Origin: an uncultured cyanobacterium
Lineage (GTDB): Bacteria; Cyanobacteriota; Cyanobacteriia; Cyanobacteriales; Nostocaceae
Direction: 5' to 3'
NCBI GenBank assembly: GCA_963740315.1
Contig: CAVUDP010000003.1
Location: 64,001 to 128,000, forward strand
DNA: 64,000 nucleotides
The notes under the pieces are model-generated. The model was not told where the DNA came from. It saw nothing but the letters and a program-made list of their open reading frames with translations, and searched no databases. The translations under genes and the position numbers were made by a program. Numbering within the stretch: the first letter of the stretch is position 1; every line of letters begins with the position of its first letter. Below, piece by piece: positions 43,379 through 54,077 of this stretch.

Positions 43379-43722
43379 TCCTTTCTCCTAACAACAGTTT
43401 TTATCATCTTTCTTCTATTTTAAATAAAATTGTGCCCAAATACGACAATCTGTCATATATAAAAATTTTTGTAAATAAATAGCGTAATTGAAGCCAGATA
43501 TGTTAATAAAATCAATAAATTTATTTGTCGAATCCAGAAATGTCAGTTCCGCTCTAAAAAATTTATGAAGTAGTAAGAGTAGGCAACGGTTATAAATCGA
43601 TACAGCACGATCGCTTATCAAAAATAAAACAGTTATTAGTCCATAGCCAGCATACCAAGAGTTTTGATATGCCAACTACGGACTAATAACTAAGGTTTAA
43701 TGATTAATCGATCCTTGAGGAT

Positions 43723-44226
43723 TTAGTAGTAAATCTTACCACCACCCCATTTTTTACCGACAATCTTAGGTTGTAACAAAACATGACCTGCGATCGCTTC
43801 TAAATCTTCGTCAGTCAAGTTACGCATTTCAGTGAAAATATCCGCACTTTTAATGCTGGGATGCAATTCAGAAATTTCCACCTCTCCATCATAGGTAGTG
43901 GGATTTTTCATATAGTCCACCAAACCCTGGATATTATCGCGGGATGGAGTTGCTAATGACAAAGCTTCAGGATCTAATCCTACGTTTTGGTTTGTCTTAG
44001 TTACACCACCAGCATGGCATTGGGCGCAAGCGTAATTGAATAGGCGTTTACCTTCTTTAACTTCTTTTAAATTCAGTACATAGGTATCGCCTTGTTCGTT
44101 CAACGGTACCGTGCGAGTAGCTTCATCAAGTTCTACAGAGTAGGCATTACCCACAAATAACTGAAAACTCAGCACCACACAAGCAACAAAAATGCCAATT
44201 AATCTTGTGATCATGTTTCCCCTCAA
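43723..44226 (-). CDS. psbV: Cytochrome c550 (likely start MITRLIG)
   Basis: CAQCH heme motif, NPTTYDG, HPS, WGGGKIYY. Confidence 0.96.
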   Translation of the reverse strand: MRGNMITRLIGIFVACVVLSFQLFVGNAYSVELDEATRTVPLNEQGDTYVLNLKEVKEGKRLFNYACAQCHAGGVTKTNQNVGLDPEALSLATPSRDNIQGLVDYMKNPTTYDGEVEISELHPSIKSADIFTEMRNLTDEDLEAIAGHVLLQPKIVGKKWGGGKIYY

Positions 44227-44644
44227 AAATTTTAATGCTTAACACAGCAATAACAGCGATGCTTAATTTCTTATTGCTAAGAGTCAACACAAAAAGCGTT
44301 TTTGTTATTAACCCTTGATAATAGGTAACTTCGGTTTAATTCAAAACGAGGCACCGATTCAAAGGAATGTTCAAACAAAAATTAGAAAATAAATAAATGG
44401 CGGTATCCTTTAACGTCATAATCCAGGAATTTATTTATAAACATTTGTAAATTATTCCCAGTCAGACGTACAAAGAAAGTCTGCTTCAGCCTTTTAAAGC
44501 TGTAATAGACCATGATTTCCGCGATTGATAGGCTTGCAAAACCCATAATGGTTGTTAACTCAGACAATAAGATTAAGTCACTGTAATACAATTATCACTC
44601 CAAGCGTGCAATTTTTTGCCCAAAGTACTTTTTGAAGTTGGGAT

Positions 44645-44886
44645 GAGGGGAGTTGGGGAGATGGGGAGATGGGGAGAGGGGGAGATGGGGAGATGGGGAG
44701 AGGGGGAGAGGGGGAGATGGGGAGATGGGGAGATGGGGAGATGGGGAGATGGGGAGAGGGGGAGAGGGGGAGATGGGGAGATGGGGAGATGGGGAGATGG
44801 GGTAGTTAAACAGCGAGCAAGATGCTCGCACTACTCTTAACTGCTAACTGCTAACTGCTAACTGCTAACTGCTAACTGCTAACTGG
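44645..44886. repeat. Tandem GGGGAGAT/GGGGAGAG 8-mers plus CTAACTG heptamers
   Basis: Directly visible; includes the 22-bp AGCGAGCAAGATGCTCGCACTA element also found inverted at ~24648. Confidence 0.9.
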
Positions 44887-45720
44887 TTACTGTTTGGTGC
44901 CTGTGAAGGAGACGCTTTGAATAAAGTAGCGGTTGAAGAAGGCGTAAATAGCTAAAGCTGGTAGGGTAAATACCATTGAAGCTGCCATGATGTAGTTCCA
45001 ATAGCTGATATATTGACCTTTGAAGCTGTTTAGTCCGAGGGGTAGGGTAAACATTTCTGGATCGAATAAAATAACTACGGGAAGTAAGAAGTTATTCCAG
45101 CTACTCATGAAGATAAATACTGCTTGGGCTGCTAGTGCTGGTTTTGCCAGAGGAAGTACGATATGACGAAAAATTCCAAAGGTACTTAAACCATCTAAGG
45201 CTGCGGCTTCTTCTAATTCTGTAGGAAAGTTAACGAAAAACTGCCGCATCATAAAAATAAATGTGGCGTTTACCATGTTGGGAACGATCATGCCTTGGTA
45301 GGAGTTTAACCAGCCAAAAGTTTTTAAGATTAAAAATGTGGGGATGAGTGTAACTTGTATCGGTACGGCTAATACTGCCAAAATTAAGAAAAACCAAAAT
45401 CTTCTGCCCCGAAACCGCAGTCTTGCTAAGGCGTAACCTGCCATAGAGTTGAATAGCAAGTTTAATATTGTGACGGCGATCGCGATAATTACGCTGTTGA
45501 AAAACCAACGTAAAAATAATGGTTCTTCGATAAATATTTGTTTGTAATTATCAAAGGTAAAGTTCTTGGGTAGGAAATTTGGTTCGCCAGCGACTATTTC
45601 TGTTAAGGGTTTAAACGATGCCGAAAGCGCCCATAAAAAAGGAATTAGAGTAATTATTGCGTACAAAACTAAGACTGAGTAAAGCAGTATTTTTAGCCAT
45701 GAAAGTCTCCATTTATTCAA
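44887..45720 (-). CDS. Carbohydrate ABC transporter permease (MalG-like)
   Basis: EAA loop ELEEAAALDG; WNNFLLP. Confidence 0.92.
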   Translation of the reverse strand: MNKWRLSWLKILLYSVLVLYAIITLIPFLWALSASFKPLTEIVAGEPNFLPKNFTFDNYKQIFIEEPLFLRWFFNSVIIAIAVTILNLLFNSMAGYALARLRFRGRRFWFFLILAVLAVPIQVTLIPTFLILKTFGWLNSYQGMIVPNMVNATFIFMMRQFFVNFPTELEEAAALDGLSTFGIFRHIVLPLAKPALAAQAVFIFMSSWNNFLLPVVILFDPEMFTLPLGLNSFKGQYISYWNYIMAASMVFTLPALAIYAFFNRYFIQSVSFTGTKQ

Positions 45721-46601
45721 TTTTCGCCTCCAAATCGCCGCCCAATTAAGGTTATGGTTATAATTATCGCTGCTAATAGGAAAGCTATAGCCGCTGCATA
45801 TCCCATTTGTAAGTTACGAAATACGGCTTGATATATCAATAAAACTACAGTTAATGTAGCGTTATTTGGTCCACCAGTACCTTTAGAAAATATATAAGAT
45901 TGGTCAAATAGTTGAAAAGTACCGATTATTCCCATTGCTACCACAAAAAAGGTAACTGGTTTAAGCATAGGAATAGTGATATTAATAAATTTATGCCATC
46001 CATTGGCACCGTCTAATTCTGCTGCTTCGTAGAGGTATTTGGGTATATCTTGCAAAGCCGCCAAATAAATCACCATGAAAAACGGTGCTGTTGACCAGAT
46101 ATTCATAATCATAATGGCAATGAGTGCAACTGCGGGATCTCCCAACCAGTTATATGTCGGAAATCCAATGGCATTTAAAAAATCATTTAGCAACCCATTA
46201 GTGTTGTATATCCACATGAATATCAGCGTCAAAACTGTAGAAGAAGTAACTGTGGGTAAAAAGAAAAGCACCCGCCACCAGCTTTTACCGCGAATACCAG
46301 AATTAAGGGTAACTGCTAAAAATAAAGCCAGAATAGTTTGTGAAGGTACGACGATCGCCACGTATTCAGCAGTATTTTTGAGGGCAATCCAAACCCGTTC
46401 ATCTTCTGCTAACTGACTGAAGTTACGAAAACCAACAAATTCGTATTCGATACCACCTAAAAGCTGTACTTTTTGTAGAGAAAGAAATACAGCATAAACT
46501 ATCGGTAGCACCACAAAAGTACCCAAAACCAAAATAGTTGGTGCAAGAAAAAGATATCCAGCTAAATTCGTTTTGGGATGCCGTCTGTTTAATTGCTGCA
46601 A
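45717..46601 (-). CDS. Carbohydrate ABC transporter permease (MalF-like)
   Basis: LAALQDIP..LYEAAELDGA; GYAAAIA. Confidence 0.92.
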   Translation of the reverse strand: MQQLNRRHPKTNLAGYLFLAPTILVLGTFVVLPIVYAVFLSLQKVQLLGGIEYEFVGFRNFSQLAEDERVWIALKNTAEYVAIVVPSQTILALFLAVTLNSGIRGKSWWRVLFFLPTVTSSTVLTLIFMWIYNTNGLLNDFLNAIGFPTYNWLGDPAVALIAIMIMNIWSTAPFFMVIYLAALQDIPKYLYEAAELDGANGWHKFINITIPMLKPVTFFVVAMGIIGTFQLFDQSYIFSKGTGGPNNATLTVVLLIYQAVFRNLQMGYAAAIAFLLAAIIITITLIGRRFGGEN

Positions 46602-46855
46602 CTGAAGTCAACCTTTTTTATGCATCAAAAGAATTGTAGCGATAACTGATGCAAATAAAATTAAGCTTCTTGAAATTGTTCTAAAAGGACATTTATTATA
46701 TATTGGATTACTGTTGATGAAACATAAAATTATTGAGTTTCTTCGTTTATGCGAACCGTTAAATTCAACATTGCACCGGATCTTTTTCTCAATTAAGGTT
46801 TCTTAATAATTATCCATTGTTGTTTACCTTACTAAAAGTATAAAATAATTATCCC

Positions 46856-47896
46856 ATGCAAACCCTCTTAATTAAACCGCCAACTTTACATAATTTCCTC
46901 ACACAAGTACTCAAACCTCATTCTTGATCACCAGAAGCGCAAACTGCATTAATTAATCATTTAGTAGAAGCTAATTTTTGGGGAATAGATTCTCACGGAT
47001 TGCAGCAAATTATCGGTTATGACAAAAGCCTTAAAAGCGGACGAATAAACCCCAAACCGCAAATAAAAATCATTGACGATCGCCCTAGTTTAATTCGTAT
47101 AGATGCAGATGCAGCACCGGGACAATATGCTGCTAAAGTTGCAATGGAAATGGCGATCGCCGCAGCTAAGAAAACCGGGATAGCGGTTGTGGGTGTTACC
47201 AACAGCAATCATTTCGGTGTTGCTGGTTACTGCACCCGCATGGCAACGGAAGCGGGTACAATCGGTTTTGCAACTACAGATACTAATGTTGTTGATTTAG
47301 CACCTTTCGGTGGAAGTGTCGCAAAGCTGGGAAACAATGCCATTTCTTGGGGAATTCCTACAGGTACAAATCGTCCAGTAATTATCGATATGGCAACGGG
47401 TGCGGTAAGTGGTGGAAAGGTAAAACATTTTGCCTACCAAGGATTAGAAATTCCTTTAAGATGGGGGTTAACAACTGAAGGAAAACCTACCTTAAACCCT
47501 AAAGAAGTAGCAGTTAATATACCAGCTTCTTATAAAGGTTCCGGTTTAGCATTTATATCAGATTTATTATGCGGAGCGTTATTAGGAACTGCAACGGCAA
47601 TGTTTAAAAATAAAGCAATTCACGATGCTGCAAATGGAACCGGACATTTATTTTGGGTGTTAGATGTATCTGCATGAACTGATAAACAAAAATTTGAGCA
47701 AGAAGTCCAAAAAGCTGTAAAATCTCTTAAAGAAACTCCGCGACTTGAAGCTGAAGAACCGATTTATTATCCTGGTGAATTAGAAATAATTAATCGCAAG
47801 GAAAGATTACAAAATGGTATTTCCGTACCTATCGCTTTAATTGAAACCCTCGCAGAACATTTTGGAAATAATCTTGTTTCTGAATATCTAATGTAG
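46856..47896 (+). pseudogene. Ldh_2 family (malate/L-lactate/ureidoglycolate) dehydrogenase, disrupted
   Basis: GIDSHG, NSNHFG, LG.N.ISWG, IDMAT, YKGSGL, YYPGE; early frameshift plus in-frame TGAs near 46926 and at 47675. Confidence 0.75.
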
Positions 47897-47909
47897 AGAC
47901 GTAGCACTG

Positions 47910-49520
47910 CTACGTCTTTACACGTCGAAATAATTTCAACAATCCTATCCCCGTAATTAAACTAGATAAAATAGCAGTTGTTATCACTCCAATTACAAAG
48001 CTAACAATCCAAGCAATATCTGGATTCCAAACCTTGGATAACAATAAATTAGCAATTAAACCTGCAAAAGAACCTAAAAACACGCTTGCAAAAATACCTA
48101 CTAAAGATAGCATCAACCACCCTAACGAATTGTCTATTTGTCGGCGTATAGTTAACGATTTAGCTATCGATGTTCCTCCAATTACTCCGATTACCGCACA
48201 TAGCAATTCTCCCTTAGAACCGAATAATATACTTCCAGTAAAAGTTCCGATAAATAAACCTATGAGAAAGCCAAATAAAGTTTCTATCAAAGACCAAAAA
48301 TTAAATATAATTCGCTGTTTTAACACCAACCACTGCATAATTTCAACTGGTACCAAAGTAATAATTGCTGCTAACATTGCATAGTGATAACCTAGATTCT
48401 GACCAAAAATAGAATATACCGCTCCACTAAAAATACTACGTATAAATAAACCAATACCGATACCGACAATATTTGATAACATCCATTGATAGAAAAAACC
48501 AACGTTAATAGCTGTTATCGGAGTTGTTAGAGTATCAGTTTGAGCTGTTATCGGTGGATTAGTAACATTAGAATTCGCCGGTGGATTAGTATTGGAAGGT
48601 ATTTTACTTTGAAGCGTGGGCAAAAATGAAATTGGCTTAATCTCCGATAACCGTTGTAAAATTTCTTCAGTATTTGCAGGGCGTTGAGAAGGCGATCGCA
48701 TCATCATCCAATCGAGAAAGTCTGCAAACTCTAGCGAAATATTCGCTACTGCATCGCGCCATAATAATTCATCAGTTTGGGGATTATAAAATTGATTTGG
48801 ATCTTTTGCGGTGAGTAAATAAACGAACGTGCGTCCTAAAGCGAAAAAATCAGATTGCTGCATAGCTTGACCGTTCATTTGTTCTGGTGGCGTGTATCCA
48901 GCGGAAACTATCCCCGTCACCTTTCCTTCAGCTTGTGCTTGCCAGTAAGTATCTGTAACTACTCGCGCCGTACCAAAATCAATCAGTGCTAAACCTCCCT
49001 CAGCCCGCAGCATAACGTTAGCTGGTTTGATATCGCGATGAAAAAAGTTTTGATTGTGAACCTGTTGCAGAATAATTGTCAATTCTTGCAACCATTGCAT
49101 CGCCATTCTTTCATCAATAGGACGATATTCCCGCTGTTTGATGTATTCATATAAATCCATCCCCTCAATTTTTTCCATCACCAAACAGTGCAAAGCTTGT
49201 TGACTGTTGCGGGGATGATAAACAAAATATCCGTCAGCTTCAACTTGAGGAATTCCGGGATAATTTAATTGAGATAAAACCTCAGCTTCTCGTTGAAATA
49301 ATTCAATCGCTTTGGGAAAATTATTATGGAGTATTTTAATAACTTTTGGCGTAGTGTTGCGTTCCGTTATCTCATAAGTCTTACCAAAACCGCCACCTCC
49401 TAAATATTTTACTACCTTATAACGTCCTTGCAGCAGCAATTCCGAACCACAACCCAGACAAAAAATTATCTTGTCGGGATTATCGGGTTTTGAACAATGG
49501 GGATTTATACAAAGACTCAT
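47910..49520 (-). CDS. Ser/Thr protein kinase with 4-Cys prefix and C-terminal TM region
   Basis: CINPHC..C..C, GGGGFGKTY, HRDIKPAN, DFG, GYTPPEQ. Confidence 0.92.
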   Translation of the reverse strand: MSLCINPHCSKPDNPDKIIFCLGCGSELLLQGRYKVVKYLGGGGFGKTYEITERNTTPKVIKILHNNFPKAIELFQREAEVLSQLNYPGIPQVEADGYFVYHPRNSQQALHCLVMEKIEGMDLYEYIKQREYRPIDERMAMQWLQELTIILQQVHNQNFFHRDIKPANVMLRAEGGLALIDFGTARVVTDTYWQAQAEGKVTGIVSAGYTPPEQMNGQAMQQSDFFALGRTFVYLLTAKDPNQFYNPQTDELLWRDAVANISLEFADFLDWMMMRSPSQRPANTEEILQRLSEIKPISFLPTLQSKIPSNTNPPANSNVTNPPITAQTDTLTTPITAINVGFFYQWMLSNIVGIGIGLFIRSIFSGAVYSIFGQNLGYHYAMLAAIITLVPVEIMQWLVLKQRIIFNFWSLIETLFGFLIGLFIGTFTGSILFGSKGELLCAVIGVIGGTSIAKSLTIRRQIDNSLGWLMLSLVGIFASVFLGSFAGLIANLLLSKVWNPDIAWIVSFVIGVITTAILSSLITGIGLLKLFRRVKT

Positions 49521-49581
49521 TATCTTGGAAATAGGGAATTGGATGTTAACCTTTGACCTTTAACCTCTAACCTTTAACCTT

Positions 49582-50259
49582 CTATTGAACAACTTCTATT
49601 AATGTACCTATTTTTACGACCTTATATAACTCATCCACATCTTGATTTTTTAAAGATGGGCAACCCCAAGTCCAATTTTGTTGTTTATCTATCATTTCAT
49701 CGCTTCCTTGAGGTACCCCATGAATACCAACCTCACCCCCAATAGAATCAAACCAAGAAATTTTACCTTGGCTTTTAGCTTGAAAATGCTTTCTCCAAGA
49801 TGCAGCGTTGGGATAATTTAACCACATAAATTTAGACCATGAAGGATGAGGATATAAATCTTTTATGTGATGAATACCTTCTGGAGTGCGTCTGTCACCT
49901 TCTTTTAACTTATCCCCTTTTGGGCTGCTACCGAAAACTACAGGGTAAGATTTGATCGGTTTTTGATTATAGTAAAGCGTGATTCGATGCTTTGATTTTT
50001 CAATTAAAATCGAGGTTTTATCTTTATTTACAGTCTCTCCAATTAATTTCTCAACCGTTTGACTGTAATTTAATAACTTATTTCCCGGAATAGCAGAGTG
50101 AATAGTTTTCGGTGATTCACAACTAGTCAAACATAAAACTTCCGTAACATCCCTTATAGGGAAAATAAATCCCAAGCGAGCTAGTAGAAAATATAGTGCA
50201 GATGTGCTAAAAATTAAAAGCAAAATTGTTTTTATTTGTTTTTGATATTTTAAATTCAC
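49582..50259 (-). CDS. L,D-transpeptidase (YkuD) family protein
   Basis: GDRRTPEG, IGGEVGIHG..WTWGC. Confidence 0.88.
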   Translation of the reverse strand: MNLKYQKQIKTILLLIFSTSALYFLLARLGFIFPIRDVTEVLCLTSCESPKTIHSAIPGNKLLNYSQTVEKLIGETVNKDKTSILIEKSKHRITLYYNQKPIKSYPVVFGSSPKGDKLKEGDRRTPEGIHHIKDLYPHPSWSKFMWLNYPNAASWRKHFQAKSQGKISWFDSIGGEVGIHGVPQGSDEMIDKQQNWTWGCPSLKNQDVDELYKVVKIGTLIEVVQ

Positions 50260-50471
50260 TGGTTTTAAAGTAATAATAGTTACATTTTTTTAGTGAATCA
50301 ACTTTAACATCTATAGATTACTAATTTGTCTGGCGGTTGAAACCGCTGCTACACAAGCAAAACCCCTCCGGGTTCACTAGTTTGGCGGGACGGAAACCGA
50401 CACCGCCAACTAGATTCACCGCCTGCGCGGGTTTAAGTCTCCCATGCCCAATCCCCAATCCCCAATTCCCA

Positions 50472-51326
50472 ATGAATAAAGAAATGCGTCGCGACTTTGA
50501 CAACCGTGAAGAATTAATTGCTTACCTCAAACAAGAATTTCCCGAAGCTGAAAAACGAGATGAACATATCAGCGAAACCGTAGGTGGAAGAAAAGCCGCC
50601 GAAAAAGCACTAGAAAAAGTAGACCCCAGAAAATACGGGAAAACACGTAATTTTTTAACTGGCGGTGTTACCAGACTTTCCGCTTATCTCCGCTACGGCG
50701 TATTAAGTTTGGCAGAAGTGCGAGACTTTGCTTTAAACAGAGCTAGCAACGATAACGATGCCACAAAGTTAGTTAACGAATTAGGCTGGCGGGATTATTG
50801 GCAAAGATTATATGTAAAACTCGGCGATCAAATTTGGGAAGATAGAGAAGAATACAAAACAGGTTACAGCGTCGCCGATTATGCATCGGAATTTCCAGAA
50901 GATATCGCACAAGGTACTACCGGATTAGTTTGTATTGATAGCTTTAGTCAAGAATTGCGCGAAAGTGGCTATTTACACAATCATATGCGGATGTGGATTG
51001 CGGCATATATAGTGCATTGGCGGCGAATTGGCTGGCAAGCTGGTGCAAAATGGTTTTTAGAGCATTTATTAGACGGAGATCCAGCAAGTAATAATATGTC
51101 ATGGCAATGGGTAGCGAGTACCTTTAGTCATAAACCTTATTTCTTTAACCGTCAGAATTTAGAACGTTATACCGATGGGGTTTATTGCAAAGAATGTCCT
51201 TTGTATGGCAATTGTGATTTTGAAGGTAGTTACGAACAGTTAGAAGAGAAATTGTTTCCTAAAAAAGAGTTTAGTAATAAGCCGAATAGTCAAAGTTATC
51301 AGAAAGGGAAGAGGAAGAAAGGTTAA
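50472..51326 (+). CDS. Stand-alone FAD-binding domain of a photolyase/cryptochrome-like protein
   Basis: VTRLSAYLRYG, ELGWRDYW, GYLHNHMRMW, LLDGD.ASN..SWQW; ATG at 50472 (upstream ORF part is repeat-derived). Confidence 0.85.
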   Translation: MNKEMRRDFDNREELIAYLKQEFPEAEKRDEHISETVGGRKAAEKALEKVDPRKYGKTRNFLTGGVTRLSAYLRYGVLSLAEVRDFALNRASNDNDATKLVNELGWRDYWQRLYVKLGDQIWEDREEYKTGYSVADYASEFPEDIAQGTTGLVCIDSFSQELRESGYLHNHMRMWIAAYIVHWRRIGWQAGAKWFLEHLLDGDPASNNMSWQWVASTFSHKPYFFNRQNLERYTDGVYCKECPLYGNCDFEGSYEQLEEKLFPKKEFSNKPNSQSYQKGKRKKG

Positions 51327-51394
51327 AGGTCAAAGGTTAAAGGTCAAAGGTTAAAGGTTAAAGGTTAAAGGTTAAAGGTGAAAGAATGTAAAAT

Positions 51395-51601
51395 GTAGGT
51401 TGGGTTAGGCGCACGAAGAGATTAATTATTGACGATAAATTCAAATGCGCCGTAACCCAACATTGCTTTATTGATTTTTTAAATAATTCTGCTTTCTGAT
51501 AACAACATTCATTCGCAATCGCGGTGTCGGGTTACTCTAATTGATTAATTTAGATTATCGTTACAAATCAAATTTGGTTTTCGTGTCTCACCCAACCTAC
51601 G
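51395..51601. repeat. REP/REPIN-like element
   Basis: GTAGGTTGGGTTAG...CACCCAACCTAC; same family as 14941-15126. Confidence 0.7.
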
Positions 51602-51663
51602 AAATGCTTCTATAGCCTGCATTATGAGATGATTGAGCTATAGTAAAGAAGAGGTAGAATACT

Positions 51664-51845
51664 TGCCGACTACTCAACAGGCGTTTCGATGCTTCCAACT
51701 GTGTCAAAACCTGACAAATATGTACTTTTCTGTAGATATGGTGCGTTTAGATGAAAGAACTGGGAACGCCATTATTCTTGCAGGAGAAGAAATTTTGATT
51801 GAGATTTACCCTAATGGAAATTGGAGGTTTGTTAATGAAGCTTAA
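51664..51845 (+). CDS. DUF6888 family protein
   Basis: PT.QQ...C..L...LTNMY...MVRLDERTGN..ILAGEEI.IEI.PNG.W; TTG start after GAGG (ORF track starts at 51633). Confidence 0.65.
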
Positions 51846-52029
51846 TTTTCAAACGATGACAATGGGAGAACTAAAAAAATATGTTCTAGAGAATCGAGAT
51901 GATAATGTAGCATTTCAAGCATTAATGGAGCGCGTTGATGCTCAACCTCAAGAGCAAGTTTATGGAGAGGTAAATCCCGAACAATTTTCTGAAATACTAA
52001 AACAACATCGCGGTTTTCAGAAAGATTAA
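51835..52029 (+). CDS. DUF6887 family protein
   Basis: NF..MT..ELK.YVL.NR.D..AF..L..R; overlaps the DUF6888 stop. Confidence 0.65.
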   Translation: MKLNFQTMTMGELKKYVLENRDDNVAFQALMERVDAQPQEQVYGEVNPEQFSEILKQHRGFQKD

Positions 52030-52056
52030 ATTCGCTGTGTTTAACGGCAATAGTGA

Positions 52057-52127
52057 TGTTGGGTTACGACACGATTAATGTTATCGCTACAAATTAAATT
52101 TGGTTTCCGTGTCTAACCCAACCTACG
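52057..52127. repeat. Half REP element, direct repeat of 51525-51601
   Basis: TGTTGGGTTAC..GATTAAT..TACAAAT.AAATTTGGTTT.CGTGTCT.ACCCAACCTACG. Confidence 0.7.
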
Positions 52128-52280
52128 AGTTCTGCAAAAAGCCATTTCATAAAGATGTAATAAATAAAATCATCTCAATAATGGCAAACATGAGTAATTT
52201 AAACTAATTTGATCGGGAATATTTGGGCTTGATGTTGTAAAAATAGTAATGTACCTACTGGATAAATTTACTTAGCTTAA

Positions 52281-53279
52281 ATGTCCTCACACAGCCAATT
52301 CGACGTTTTCCTTTGTCACAACAGCAAAGACAAGCCGGAAGTAAAACAAATAGGAGAACAATTGATACAGCAAGGACTTAAACCTTGGTTAGATGAATGG
52401 GAATTTCGTCCTGGCTTACCCTGGCAACGTGAACTTGAAAAACAAATTGAACACATTAAATCTGCTGCGGTTTTTGTCGGTAGTAGCGGTTTTGGTCCTT
52501 GGCAACAGCATGAGTTAGATGCTTTTTTACGGGAGTTTGTCAAAAGGGAATGTCCGGTAATTCCTGTATTACTTCCTACCGCACCTCAACAGCCAATATT
52601 ACCAATTTTTCTTCGTAGTTATATGTGGGTAGATTTTCGGCAGCAACAACCGGAACCGATGGGACAATTAATTTGGGGAATTACGGGGAGAAAGCCGCAA
52701 TTTTATAAAGCTCCTGTAAATACAACACAAACAAAAGAAAATAACCCCACTCCACCAACAATAGTTGATTCTACTCCAACCATACCTAAACCACCAATAC
52801 CAGAAGATCAGCTTAGTTCAGAAAAAGGAGTCGATTACACCCGCTTACGGGATTTGCTCAAAGCAGGAAACTGGAAGGAAGCAGATAGGGAAACTCTCGC
52901 AGTTATGCTCAAGTGTGCGGGTGAAGGAGCAAAAGACTATTTGTATTCCCATCACATAGAAAATTTTCCTTGCACTGACTTACGCACCATTGACCAACTT
53001 TGGGTAGAATATAGCAATGGACGTTTTGGCTTCAGCGTGCAAAAGCGCATTTGGGAAAGCGTCGGAAAAGACTACGAAAAGTTTGGCGATCGCGTCGGTT
53101 GGCGTAAAGGAATGTTTTTCAACAAAGAGTGGGTGTTCTACAATGAATTAACTTTTTCCCTACAAGGTCCCCAGGGTCACCTTCCGGCTATGGCGAGTGG
53201 GAAATGGGGGGTGGTCAGTTATAATTGGGATATTAGTTATTCTTCTCTCGCGTCCAGACTTGTAGAATGTAACACATAA
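52281..53279 (+). CDS. TIR domain-GUN4 domain protein
   Basis: FDVFLCHNSKDK..PWLDEWE TIR; VDYTRLRDLL..WKEADRET, FPC.DL.TIDQLW..YS.GRFGFSVQK GUN4. Confidence 0.9.
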   Translation: MSSHSQFDVFLCHNSKDKPEVKQIGEQLIQQGLKPWLDEWEFRPGLPWQRELEKQIEHIKSAAVFVGSSGFGPWQQHELDAFLREFVKRECPVIPVLLPTAPQQPILPIFLRSYMWVDFRQQQPEPMGQLIWGITGRKPQFYKAPVNTTQTKENNPTPPTIVDSTPTIPKPPIPEDQLSSEKGVDYTRLRDLLKAGNWKEADRETLAVMLKCAGEGAKDYLYSHHIENFPCTDLRTIDQLWVEYSNGRFGFSVQKRIWESVGKDYEKFGDRVGWRKGMFFNKEWVFYNELTFSLQGPQGHLPAMASGKWGVVSYNWDISYSSLASRLVECNT

Positions 53280-53416
53280 GGCTTACAGAATTTTCTAAAG
53301 ATTTGTAAACTATCCATTTTCCACGAAGTCTTGCGGGTTCTGCGTTTCCGATACCTGGCACTTCTGCGGGATTTGTGTTTTTCTGGTGTTTCGTTGTAGT
53401 ATGCTTCCGGCAGAAA
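53243..53416. repeat. GUN4-associated repeat, copy 1
   Basis: TCTCGCGTC.AGACTTGTA..ATGTAACA.ATAAGGCTTACAGA...GATACCTGGCAC...GTTGTAGTAT; copy 2 at 54220-54374. Confidence 0.8.
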
Positions 53417-53441
53417 GTTTAAGTAATTTTCTATTTTCTAA

Positions 53442-53468
53442 TAGCATGATAACCGTGTCATCATGCTA
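53442..53468. promoter_or_regulatory. Palindromic operator upstream of higBA
   Basis: TAGCATGAT-N9-ATCATGCTA ending 3 nt before the higB ATG. Confidence 0.55.
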
Positions 53469-53471
53469 ATT

Positions 53472-53766
53472 ATGATATTATCATTTAAGAACCAAGGAAC
53501 CGAAGACATCTTTGATGGTAATGACTCAAAGCAAGCTCGAAAGCAATGTCCTATATCCTGTTGGGAAGTTGCACGTAGAAAATTAGAATCAACTAAATGC
53601 GGCATCCTTGTTAGATGATATTAAAGTTCCACCAGGTAACAGGTTAGAAGCACTAAAAGGCGAACGGCAAGGTCAGCATAGTATTAGAATTAATGACCAA
53701 TATCGAATTTGCTTTATATGGACACTGCAAGATGCATCGGAAGTTGAAATAGTCGATTACCATTAG
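53472..53766 (+). pseudogene. higB: HigB (RelE/ParE family) toxin with a single frameshift
   Basis: MILSFKNQGTEDIF..ARRKL / [48 protein letters not shown]; one extra base near 53587. Confidence 0.8.
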
Positions 53767-53779
53767 GAAACAAAAACCG

Positions 53780-54076
53780 ATGAAAATTCCAAAATACAGA
53801 TCCCCAACTCATCCTGGTGAAATATTACTTAAAGATTTCCTCGAACCAATGGAAATAACCCAAAGACAACTTGCAGACGCACTTCACGTTCCCTATCAGC
53901 GAATAAATGAACTTGTAAATCAAAAGCGAGGTATTACACCTAGCACAGCAATACGATTATCAAAATTTTTTGGAAATAGCTCTAATTTTTGGTTAAACCT
54001 CCAACAAAATTGGGAACTATACCACGTTTTGAAGGAAGAAGAAGAAGAACTAAAAACCATTTCGCAATTCAGATGA
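53780..54076 (+). CDS. higA: HigA antitoxin (HTH)
   Basis: PTHPGEIL..DFLEPM.ITQ..LA..RINELVN.KRGITP.TA.RL..FFG.S..FWLNLQ. Confidence 0.92.
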   Translation: MKIPKYRSPTHPGEILLKDFLEPMEITQRQLADALHVPYQRINELVNQKRGITPSTAIRLSKFFGNSSNFWLNLQQNWELYHVLKEEEEELKTISQFR

Positions 54077-54077
54077 A

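Noticed and set aside
43415..43675. 86-aa ORF between psbV and petE as psbV2
   Set aside because: No CxxCH heme motif; likely spurious.
50337..50471. N-terminal extension of the photolyase ORF
   Set aside because: Derived from dispersed repeats (GGCGGTTGAAACCGC, CCCCAAT); ATG 50472 is preferred.
53395..53402. TGTAGTAT at the ends of both GUN4 repeats as TrcR sites
   Set aside because: Single units with no clear promoter context; could be chance.
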